DNA of 56,305 bases from an uncultured Muribaculaceae bacterium (GTDB lineage: Bacteria > Bacillota_I > Bacilli_A > RF39 > UBA660): the NCBI GenBank assembly GCA_964425325.1, contig CAYRLX010000006.1, positions 1 through 56,305 of the forward strand, in the 5' to 3' direction. The notes under the pieces are model-generated. The model saw only the letters and a program-made list of their open reading frames with translations. It was not told the origin of the DNA and did not search any database. A program made the translations under genes and the position numbers. Shown here in pieces: positions 16,154 through 27,500 of the stretch (the first letter of the stretch is position 1; each line of letters opens with the position of its first letter).

Positions 16154-18439
16154 ATGAAGTTTAAGGTTAGAGCTGAAGCTAAGGATTGGGCTTTGTTTGG
16201 TGGGTACTGTGTTGTACTTTTATATTTTGTAGCTATTGCTGTTTTAAATGTTGTTCAATTTGCTCAGGGGGATGTTGATCATCCTTTTGCTGGACTAAAT
16301 CCTTTTCCTGCGTTTTCTAAAGGCTTTTTTGGACTTACTATTTTTTCTTATATAGTTGCCGTAATAGCAAGTATATACAGTGTTAAGGATAGGTTTTTTG
16401 ATTTGGAAGAGGGTTTTGGCTTTTCTTTAGAGGGAAAGAAAAATACTAAAGGTTATTCTAGATGGCTTGAACCTAGGGAACTTAAAAAAGAACTTAAGAT
16501 GGTAAGGGTTCAAGATGAGAAAGCTAATGCTGGTGGTATTCCTCTTATAAATAATGGTAAAAAAATGTGGGTTGATGATGGTGAAGGACACAATATTATT
16601 ATTGGTTCTACTGGTGCTGGTAAAACTCAAATTGCAATTTTTCCTTTAGTTCATTCTTTAGCTAAACATGATGAGTCTATGATTATTACTGACCCAAAGG
16701 GTGAAATTTATGAAAAAACTTCTGAAATGCTTAGGAAAAAAGGCTATAATGTCGTATTACTTAATTTTCGTGATCCTCAAAAAGGTAGTGGTTGGAATCC
16801 TATGCATTTGCCTTATAAGTACTTTAAGGAAGGTAATGTAGATAAAGCTAACGAACTTACTGACGATTTGGCTATGAATATTCTTTATGATGAAAATGCT
16901 CAAAGTCAAGATCCATTTTGGGAGAAAACTTCTGCTGATTATTTTTCTGGTATTTGTTTAGGCTTATTTGAAGATGCTAAGGAAGATGAGATTAATTTAA
17001 ACAGTGTTAATTTATTTACTACTGTTGGTGAGGAAAAATGTGGTCCTAATTCTGTTTATGTAAATGAGTATTTTAAAAGTAAAGATCCTAATTCTCCAGC
17101 TTATATTAGTGCCTCTTCTACTATAGTCGCACCTAATGAAACTAGGGGAAGTATTTTATCTGTTTTTAAGCAGAAAATAAGACTTTTTGCAGCTCGTGAT
17201 AATTTATCTGAGATGCTTTCTCACAGTGATTTTGATTTTGAAGAGATTGGTAGTAAGAAAACAGCTGTATTTATAATTGTTCAAGATGAGAAGAAAACTT
17301 ATCATTCTTTAGTTACTATATTCTTAAAGCAGTGTTATGAAGCATTAGTTGATTATGCTCAGAAAAATGGTGGTCAACTACCTTATAGAACTAATTTTAT
17401 TCTAGATGAGTTTGCTAATATGCCGCCACTTAAAGATGTAGATGCGATGGTTTCTGCTGCTCGTTCTCGTAAGATGAGATTTTACTTTGTTATACAGAAC
17501 TATGCTCAGCTTGCTGAGGTTTATGGAAAAGAAAAAGGGGATACTATACGTGGTAACTGTACTAATATTATTTATCTAATTAGTACTGAGCTTGCTGCTT
17601 TAGAGGAAATTAGTAAGATGTGCGGTGAGTATGAGGTTAAAGAAAAAGACAAGGATGGTAAAGAAAAGAAGGAAACTAGACCTTTAATTACTGTAAGTGA
17701 TTTACAAAGGCTTAAATTTGGTGAAATTATTTTGCTTAGACTTCGTATGAATCCTTTTAGAACTAAGATAAAACCTAATTTTGAAATAGATTGGGGTGCG
17801 GCTGAAAAAGGTGGTAAAGCTACTTATCCTCAAAGAAAAAAGGAAGAAGTTCATTTATTTGATTTAAAAGGATATGTCAATGCGAAAAAAGAAGAGAAAA
17901 TGAGTGCTTTAGTTAATCAGGTTATGCCTGGTCTTGGAAATAAGATGAGTGGTAGACCTGCTAGCCCTGCTGATTTAATTAAAAATATCGATGCTAAAAT
18001 AGCTGAGCTTGAGAAAGAGGAACTTGAAAGGAAAAAGAATATTACTCCTAAACCTATAGGAAAAATAGAACCAGCTAAAATTCCTGTTCCTAAGAAGGAT
18101 TTTTCTGATTTAACTAAAAAGGTTGACGCTAAAATAGCTGAGCTTGAGAAAGAGGAGAAGAAGGTTTTAGATAAGACTACTGATAAGAAAGAAAAATTAC
18201 CTAATATTTCTTCTGAAGATTTTGCTGCTAGGATAACTAAGAATGTCAATGGATCTATTAGTAAGTTTGAAGAAAAAAAATCTTCTGATAATAAGTCTGA
18301 AGTTATTAACAATAAGCCAAAGGTTGATAATGATAATAAAACTAATATTGATAATAAACCAAAGATTGATAATTATAATGAAGACTTTGTAAGTGATGAT
18401 GAATTTTTTGATGATTTTTTTGCTGATGACGATATGTAG
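16154..18439 (+). CDS. virD4: VirD4/TraG type IV coupling protein with a long charged C-terminal tail
   Basis: Two N-terminal TMs; IIGSTGAGKT, ITDPKGE, WNP, DPFW, ILDEFAN, RSR..IQNYAQL..YG. Confidence 0.9.
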   Translation: MKFKVRAEAKDWALFGGYCVVLLYFVAIAVLNVVQFAQGDVDHPFAGLNPFPAFSKGFFGLTIFSYIVAVIASIYSVKDRFFDLEEGFGFSLEGKKNTKGYSRWLEPRELKKELKMVRVQDEKANAGGIPLINNGKKMWVDDGEGHNIIIGSTGAGKTQIAIFPLVHSLAKHDESMIITDPKGEIYEKTSEMLRKKGYNVVLLNFRDPQKGSGWNPMHLPYKYFKEGNVDKANELTDDLAMNILYDENAQSQDPFWEKTSADYFSGICLGLFEDAKEDEINLNSVNLFTTVGEEKCGPNSVYVNEYFKSKDPNSPAYISASSTIVAPNETRGSILSVFKQKIRLFAARDNLSEMLSHSDFDFEEIGSKKTAVFIIVQDEKKTYHSLVTIFLKQCYEALVDYAQKNGGQLPYRTNFILDEFANMPPLKDVDAMVSAARSRKMRFYFVIQNYAQLAEVYGKEKGDTIRGNCTNIIYLISTELAALEEISKMCGEYEVKEKDKDGKEKKETRPLITVSDLQRLKFGEIILLRLRMNPFRTKIKPNFEIDWGAAEKGGKATYPQRKKEEVHLFDLKGYVNAKKEEKMSALVNQVMPGLGNKMSGRPASPADLIKNIDAKIAELEKEELERKKNITPKPIGKIEPAKIPVPKKDFSDLTKKVDAKIAELEKEEKKVLDKTTDKKEKLPNISSEDFAARITKNVNGSISKFEEKKSSDNKSEVINNKPKVDNDNKTNIDNKPKIDNYNEDFVSDDEFFDDFFADDDM
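17993..18156 (+). repeat. 29-bp identical direct repeat (AKIAELEKEE) in the virD4 tail
   Basis: GCTAAAATAGCTGAGCTTGAGAAAGAGGA at 17993-18021 and 18128-18156. Confidence 0.85.
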
Positions 18440-18464
18440 GAACTCTTATTTGAGTTCTTTTTTT
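18440..18464 (+). terminator. Intrinsic terminator after virD4
   Basis: GAACTC-ttattt-GAGTTC plus T run. Confidence 0.75.
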
Positions 18465-18557
18465 CTGAAAAAATGTTTAGTTTTTTATTGTGTTTTTGCA
18501 TTTAATTTGCTATAATTTTTATAGTGATAATAGATAATAGAGTTTATCTAGTTTATA

Positions 18558-21500
18558 ATGGGAGAGATGTTTATGTATCGCGCGCAAAAACAAAGGAAAT
18601 ATATTATAGTTGTTTTATCTTTTATTTTAATTGTTATGAGCGGGGCTTATGCGGCCTTTCAGTCTAATTTGAAAATTAAAGGAACTACTAGAATTACTAG
18701 TTTATGGGATGTTAGGATAACTAATGTCACTGCTGGTACGCCAACTGGTAGTGCTGAAAATGCTGTTGCTCCTACTTGGGACAAGCTTATAGCTAATATG
18801 GAAGCAAACCTTTATGAAAAAGGCGATGCGATGGAGTATGATGTAACTATCACTAATAATGGTACTGTAGATGCTATATTATCTGATGTTATTGGTACTC
18901 CTAGTAATAGTGAAGCTGTAATAATAACTTTTTCTGGGTATGCTAAGGGTGAAAAGCTTTATAAAAAAGGACATGAAGGAAATACAAAAGTTGTTCATGT
19001 AAAAATAGCTTATAATCCTGAGTATGACGGTGGTGAAACTTCAGGAGAAGCTAATGTTGAATTTAACTTTACTCAAGGTGAAGGCGGAGATATTGATCCT
19101 GGTGGAGATAAGTACTTAATTGCTTACAATTATACTTATAATGGTGGTGCTTCTTCACAAGCGGTTGATGAATATGTTGAAAGTGGTACAACAATAACTC
19201 TTAATAAAACTGCTACTAAACCTGGATGGACTTTTGTTGGATGGAATACTAATAAAAATGCGACAACTGGTCTTGCTAGTGTTGTTGTAAGTAGTAATAC
19301 AACGGTATATGCAATTTATTCTAAAACTTTAACTGCTACTTATCAAAAGAGTGAAAATATAGAAAGTATTAGTAAAACTTCTGATACTTGTACAATTTAT
19401 AATTTACAAACTGGTTGTAATAAGACTCTTCCTACTATAACTCCAAAACCTGGATATACTTCTGATACTTGGTATAACGGAACAGAAGCTGTTGGTCATG
19501 GTGGAGATACTTATGAACTTAAGAATAATGTTACTTTAACTACTGCTGAAAATACTAATAAATATCAAGTTGTATATAATTACTCTGAAAATGGAGGAAC
19601 TAGTGCAACTAAGACACAGGACTCTGTAGATTACAATGCAAATATTGATTTAACGCCAACAGCTACGAAAGCAGGATGGACATTTGTTGGATGGAATACT
19701 GATAAAGATGCATGTTCAGGATTAGGAAGCTTAAAAATGGGTACTGCTGATGTAACATTATATGCAATTTATAGGAAAGAAGCTGTTACTTTAACTGCTA
19801 AATTCAATGCTAATGGTGCAACACTTTCATCTACTGCCAATAAAACATGTACTTTAGCTGCGGTTTGTAATAAAGCTACTCAAGCTACTAGTTGTACAGT
19901 AGATGCACCAACTATAACAGCTCCTACTAATACACCAACAGTTGTTGGATTTAATACTTCAGCTAATGCGACAACTAATAATTCATCTTATAATGCAAGT
20001 ACTGGAAAATTAACTTTAACTGCTTCTAACGATAATAATACTTGGTATGCGATTACTAAAAAAGATGCAGTAGTTAGACATATAACATTTAATCCTAATG
20101 GAAACACAAGTTTTACATATAGTGGAACTAGACAAACTGCTACAAAAACTTATGATTTATGTACAGTAGCTGCTTCTTATAATAATAATCAACAAGCTAG
20201 TACTTGCAGCGCTACAATAACAATTCCTACAATTGAAGCTAGTTCAAATACGCCTACTTTAATAGGATGGAGTAATAGCGCGACAAATAGAACAGCTGCT
20301 TATACTTCTGGACAGTCTAATGTAACTATTACTGCTTCTTCTGATTTAACTTATTATGCCCAGACTACAAAGGCTAAACAGTATTTTATGGTACACTTTA
20401 GCGATGGTACTGGCGTATCAACTATTAGTAAAACCGTTGATAGTTGTGTTTTAGAAGAAACCTATAACGGTGTAGCTCAGGCTAGCAGTTGTGCGATAAC
20501 ATTACCAACAATTACTGCAGAAAATGGTTATACTAAAGATGGGTTTTATAATGGAAATGATAGAATAGGTAATGATAATACTCCTATAGGTATTAATTCT
20601 GATTTAAATGGTAAAACTTTTATTGCTAAGGCAACAGCTAATATTTATGAAGTAACTTTAGATGGCGGGGATGTTCAACAAGTTCCTTCAAAAATTTACT
20701 ATCAATTTAAAACGACTAAAGTAATTGATGATATAACATGCTATTATTATTCTGATTCTACTTTAACTACTTGTTTAAGTGGAGGAGATAGTATAACACC
20801 GCCTTCTAAAGATGGATATACTTTTGGCGGATATTATACAGGTGAGAATGGAACAGGAAATTATTATATTGGTCCAACAGGTCAAATTGGAAATATATTA
20901 TATTTGACTGTAGGCAATAAGACACTACATGCTAAATGGACAGCTAATACTTACAATATTAATTACACTTTAAATGGTGGAACTAATCCATCAACAAACC
21001 CAACTAGTGGTACTTATGACTCTAATGTTCAAATAAGTAATCCAACTAAAACAGTTACAATTACAGGAAATGCGAATGGAACTGGAGCAACTATAGGAAG
21101 TCCTACTAGTGCTAATCAAACTTTTGCTGGTTGGACAAGTGCTAATTTAGGCGGTAATGCTGTTACTGGAGATACTTCTAGCCCAGCTACTCCATGGAAT
21201 GGTTCTTCAACTACTAATACATATTTTAAAAATTTAGTAAACAGTGGTAGTGTAACTATGGTAGCTAACTGGACTCCTGTTGCTGTAAAGCTTCCTACTT
21301 TGTCAAAGACTGGTAGTGTTTGTAAATGGTATACTGAGGCTACTGGTGGAACTGAGATGGGTTCTGGTGGAGATGATTGGTTACCTGGTGCTACTTCTAA
21401 TGCGGCTGTTACTGCTTATGTTAGATGTGATGCTAATGAATATACTGTTAAATTTAATGCTAATGATGAAGATGCTGTAGGAACTATGGCTGATCAAACA

Positions 21501-24500
21501 TACACTTATGGTGAAGAAAAAAAGCTAACAAAGAATGCGTTTACTAAAACTGGATATACATTTAAAGGATGGGCTACTTCTTCAACTGGAAATGTGGAAT
21601 ATGATGATGAGGAAGAGGTTAGTAATTTAGCGACTGGTGGGACATTTAATTTATATGCTGTTTGGAGGGATGAGACTGAGCCTGTTATAACAGCTACTAA
21701 TGCTGCAGGTTCTACTAGTTATTTAGCAAGCCCTCTTACTGTGAATGCGGCTAACAATAAAAATACTGGTACTTTCTCAATAAAAGTTGGGGCTACTGAT
21801 TCAGGTAGTGGGCTTTCAAAGATAGAGTATGTAATTGATCAAAATGCTTCTAATCCTTCTAGTGGATGGACAGAAACTACTAATGGAGCTACGCTTTCTT
21901 TAACAAAGGAATTTGGTACTTATTATTTACATATTAAAGCAACTGACAATGATGGAAATATTAGTTATGCGACTACAAAAGTTCTTACTGTTAGATATGC
22001 TATTACATTTAGAGATTATGCTACTAATACTTCAAATTCTCAGATATTATATGCAACTCCTGATTCACCAACTATTACTATAAGAACACCATCTAGAACA
22101 GGATATACTTTCCTTGGTTGGTATACAAATGCGAGTGGTAGTACTAAGTCATTTGGAAATGCTGAACCAGGTGATACTTATACACCTACAAAATCATTTA
22201 TAACTTATGGTCATTGGGGAAAGAGTGTTTCAGATTTAACTATTGAAGGACCTAGCGGAGAATTTGTATATGATGGAACTGCAAAAACTCCTACTGTTGT
22301 TGTTAAAGATGGAAGTACTACTTTAACTTTAAATACTCATTATACTGTTAGTTATTCTGATAATACGAATGCTGGTACAGCAACTTTAACTATTACAGGT
22401 AAAAATGCATATTATTCTTCAACTAGAGCATTTTATACTGGAAGTGTTAATAAAACATTTACTATTGAAAAATCACCAACGACAACTACGATGCCTAATG
22501 TAGAGAAGACTTATAATGGTAGTGCTCAGGCTGCAAGTGGGGCAACTTCAATATTAAATAGTAATGAGTCTGCAATAAGTGGTGGAAGTTATACTTATAC
22601 TTACTATAATGGTGATTCATGTTCTGGTACTGCTTTATCTGGGGCACCAAAAGATGCAGGAACTTATTCGGTTAAGGCAACCTTAACTGGAACTAATAAT
22701 TATCTTACTTCAACAAGTGAATGTGCAACATATACTATGGCTAAAAAGAAAGCTACAATAAATGTTGAAGATTCTTCTATTGATCCTGATTTTGGTTCTA
22801 GTGCGACTAATACATATACATATGACGGAGATGGCACTGTAACATGTTCAAGTAGTGATTCTTCTAAAGTAACATGTGCAGTTGATCAAACTAATAAAAA
22901 GATTACAGTAACACCTATAGCTGCTACTGATACACCTGTTACTATTACTGTTAGTGCTTCTGATGGAACTAATTATAGCGCACCTGATGATAAGACATTT
23001 ACGGTTACTGTTGGAAGAAAACCAGTAACGTTCCCAACATGTTCTGATAAGACTTATACAGCTGCAGAGCAAACTTTATTTGCAGCTCATACATCAGGTG
23101 AGTATACAAACAGTGTATTAAAGGGAACTAATGTAAATAGTTATACAGTTTCATTAACACCTACTGCTAATTATAAGTGGTCAAGTGGAAGTAATGTTAC
23201 GTCAGCTAGAACTTTAACTTGTGAGATTGTTAAGAGTGATACTACTACTAGTTTATCTGCGATAACTAAAACTTATAATGGTAGTAATCAGCCTGCAAGT
23301 GGGGCAACTTCAAAACTTGTAAGTAATAATTCTACAATAAGTGGTGCAAGTTATACTTATAAATATTATACAAATAGTTCATGCAGTACTGGTGAGACTT
23401 CAACATCACCGGAAAATGCTGGTACGTATTATGTTAAGGCTACTTTGACTGGAACTAATAATTATAATACTTCTACTAGTAGTTGTGTAAAATATACTAT
23501 GAATAAAAAAGTACCTACATTAGCACTTGAAAAGGATGCTATTAATTTAACTCCAGATGATAGTGATACAAATACATATACATATGATGGAGACGGAAAT
23601 GTTTCTTGTACTAGTGGTGATACTTCTAAAGTAACTTGCTCTGTTAATACTAGCACTAAAAAGGTAACTGTAACTGCTCAAGGTGTTACTTCAACTCCTG
23701 TAACTATTACAGTAAAGGCAACAGCTGGTGATAACTATAGTGCACCTACTAATGCAACATTTACAGTAGCTGTTTCTGATGCTTCTGTTCCAATTCCTGA
23801 AATAACTACAACTAGTACTTTAGAATCTACATCTCAAACTGCAACTTTAAAATGTAGTGATGATGTTGGTGTTGTAGGTTATTATTGGGGAACAACAGCA
23901 CCTACTAGTTCTAGTCAATATACAGCTATTACTAGTACGAAAAATATGAGTATAACGCAAACTATTAATGCGGCAGGAACTTATTATTTATCTTGTAAAG
24001 ATTCTTCTGGAAATATATCACAGTCTCCTGCGTCAAAAGAATATAATTCTTATACTATTAATAATATGCTTCAGAAAACTTCTGGAGATACATATACAAC
24101 AACTGATTATACTCAAGATTCTAGTAATACATATATAGCTCCAAATGGAACTACTATAACAATGAGCAGTGTTTATACTGTCCCAAGTGGATCAAATGCG
24201 AATAAATATAAAGGATTTAGTGTGGGTGCGGCAAGTACTACTGCAGCGTCTGTAACTGATGAACCTAATCCTATATTAAGTTCTAATTCTACTTACTCTG
24301 TTTGGTTTACAAGAAATTTAGTAATCTTTAATTATAAGCCAAATGGTGGAACCGTTAGAGCTTCTACGTCAGATAGTAGCAACACTTATGCATGGAGTAC
24401 TGATTCTAACGATTTAATTAATATATCTGTTAGTGGAGGTACAGCAAAACATTTATCTACAAATTTTAGATATGGTGTAAATAAGATAGATATAGCTAAT

Positions 24501-27500
24501 TATAATAATTCATCATATTTATATATAACAAAATCTGGTTCAGTTGCTCCTTCTGGTGCAGAATGGATTTGTGAGAGTGGATGTGCGACTGCAAACATGA
24601 CAATAACTCAAGGAAGTAAAACACTTACTGCTCCAACGGGCGGGGTTCCTACTGATGCTATTTGTAATGCTAAAAATGATGACTGTACGGTTGTTGTAAA
24701 GGTCAACTGGAAAAATTCAGCTGCTATACCTACAGCTGCAAATTATTGTCAATCTAATTTAATATATAATGGTTCAGAACAGACTGTAACTAAAGCTGCA
24801 GGTACTGGATATACATTTAGTGGAAATAAGGGAACTAATGCTGGCAGTTATACAGTTACTGCAACTCTTGCATCAGGATATACATGGAGTGATAGAACTA
24901 CTGGAACTAAGACATTTAGCTGTTCAATAGGTAAAGCAACACCTGAAATTACTTTATCAGCAACAAGTGGTACAACAAATGTTGGAACAAACTTATCATT
25001 TAACGAAAAAGCTAATGTTGCTGGAACGTTTACAAATACTTCTGGTACTACAGCTAATGCAACAGTAGCACCTTTAGAAACTAGTGAGGTTGCTGCAAAT
25101 ACAAATTCAGCTGTAACAGTAACACCAGTTAAGTTTGGAACTAGTACGATAACGGTTACTTTTGTACCAACTGACACGACAAATTATAATTCAATTACAG
25201 CTGATTCTTCTGGAAAGAAGACATATTTAGCTCGTATTGGAGCAACGGCAAGTTTTGAAAAGAATGGTGCTACAAGTATAGGAGACTCAAGCTTGTCTTG
25301 TTATCCAGCATCTGGTGAAACGTCATGTACTGTTGTAGCTCCGACAATAACTCGAAGTGGATATACAATTGTTGGATGGAGTACAAATAGTAATGCAACT
25401 ACAAGTAGTATACAACCTGGTGATAATATAACTCTTACTGGTAATGAAACTTATTATGCAATTACTAAGAAAACGGTAACTGCATCATGGAATGCTAATG
25501 GAGCAACACTTTCTTCATCAACTGCATCTTCATGTGATTTATATAATACAGCTTCAAGCTGTGAAGTAACTGCTCCGACAATAACTCGAAGTGGATATGA
25601 TATTATTGGATGGAATACTAGTACAACAGCTACAACAAATAATAGTAATTATAATACTTCAACTGGAAAATTAACATTGTCAGCAAGTGGTAATTATTAT
25701 GCAATAACAAGAAAGACTTTAACTGCGACATGGAATGCTAATGAATCAACACTTTCATCAACATCGCCATCTTCATGTTATTTATATAACACAACAACGA
25801 CTTGTACGGTAGATGCACCAACTATTACTGCTCCTGCTAATACTCCAACAGTTGTTGGTTGGAATACAAGTGCGACAGCTACAACAAATAATAGTAATTA
25901 TAATACTTCAACTGGAAAATTAACATTGTCAGCAAGTGGTACTTGGTTTGCTATTACTAAAAAGGATGCAGTAACACTTACCGCATCATGGAATGCTAAT
26001 GGAGCAACGCTATCTAGTACAGCTGATAAGACATGTACACTTGCAGTAACATATAATGGTGCTGCTCAGGCAACAAGTTGTACAGTAGATGCACCAACTA
26101 TTACTGCTCCTGCTAATACACCTACTGTTCTTGGATATAATACAAGTGCAGATGCAAATGCAAATCATGCAAATTATAATTTGGATAATGGTAAATTAAC
26201 TTTAACTTCTGCTTTAAATAATCAAACTTGGTATGCACAAACAATGAAAGCTGCAACTGATTTAAAAGCAACATTTGATCCAAATGGAAATGCTGGATTT
26301 ACATTTGGTGGAACAAGCTATACTACTACTACAGAAGTAACTATTTGTACGGCAGCAGCAACATATAATGGTGCTGCTCAGGCAACAAGTTGTTCATCTG
26401 TTACAATGCCTACTATAACTGCTCATGCAAATACTACTACTTTGATAGGATGGAGTGATGCTGCTAATAATCATACTGCTTCTTATACTAGTGGACAAGT
26501 TGTTAATACTTTAGATGCTGGAGGAACTTATTATGCACAAACTAGTAGTGGAGCTGCAGTAACACTTACTGCAAAATGGAATGCAAATGGAGCAACACTA
26601 TCTAGTACGGCTAATAAGACATGTACTTTAGCGACTACATATAATGGTGTAGCTAAAGCAACAAGCTGTACGGTAGATGCACCAACTATTACTAGAGAAG
26701 GCTTTAATATTGTAGGATTTAATACTTCAGCTAGTGCAACTGCAAAACATGCAAATTATAATACAAGTACTGGAAAATTGACTTTAACTTCTTCTTTAAA
26801 TAACAAAACTTGGTATGCACTTACTAATAAGACAATTACTGTAACATTTGCTAAGGGAGCTAATACTTCAGCTATTGGTTCTACTTCTGGAAGTTGTGTA
26901 ATAAGAAATAATAATACATCTTGTACTATTGCTACTCCTACAATTACTTCAAATAGTGGTTACTTATTTGCTGGATGGAGTACGACAAATGGTGCTACAA
27001 CTGGAACTTTACCTGGTGCAAATATAACAGTAAATAGTAATGCTACTTATTATGGTAACAGTATATTAGGAACACCTACTTATGTTGAAGATACTGAGGG
27101 TGAGGTTGTAATTACATTCCCTAGTGGATGTTCTTCTCCTTACACTTGTAAATATAAGATAGGTGGTGGATCTGACGTTTCTGTTACTACTAATACAGTT
27201 ACTGTAAATGTTGGTGAAGATGAGTTAATTACTTCAACTGCAATGGATGGACGTAATACTGCAAGTAGTACTTATACTTCTATTAGACATAATTTGTATG
27301 TTAAATCTGATGGAAGTGATACAACTGGTTATGGTACAGTAGCTCATCCTTATGCGACTATTGCAAGAGCTTATAATGCTGCTACTGATACTAGAACTTC
27401 TACTATTTATGTAATGGATAATATAACGGAATCAAATGGGGTATATATGGATGATTCAAAAGATATTATTCTTACAAGTTCTGATACTTCTGGAGTTTCT

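Noticed and set aside
2555-18439. Calling the T4SS block an ICE or conjugative transposon
   Set aside because: No relaxase, integrase, regulator, oriT-like or att-like sequence recognised in the window, and composition matches the core genes; cannot be fully excluded beyond the left edge
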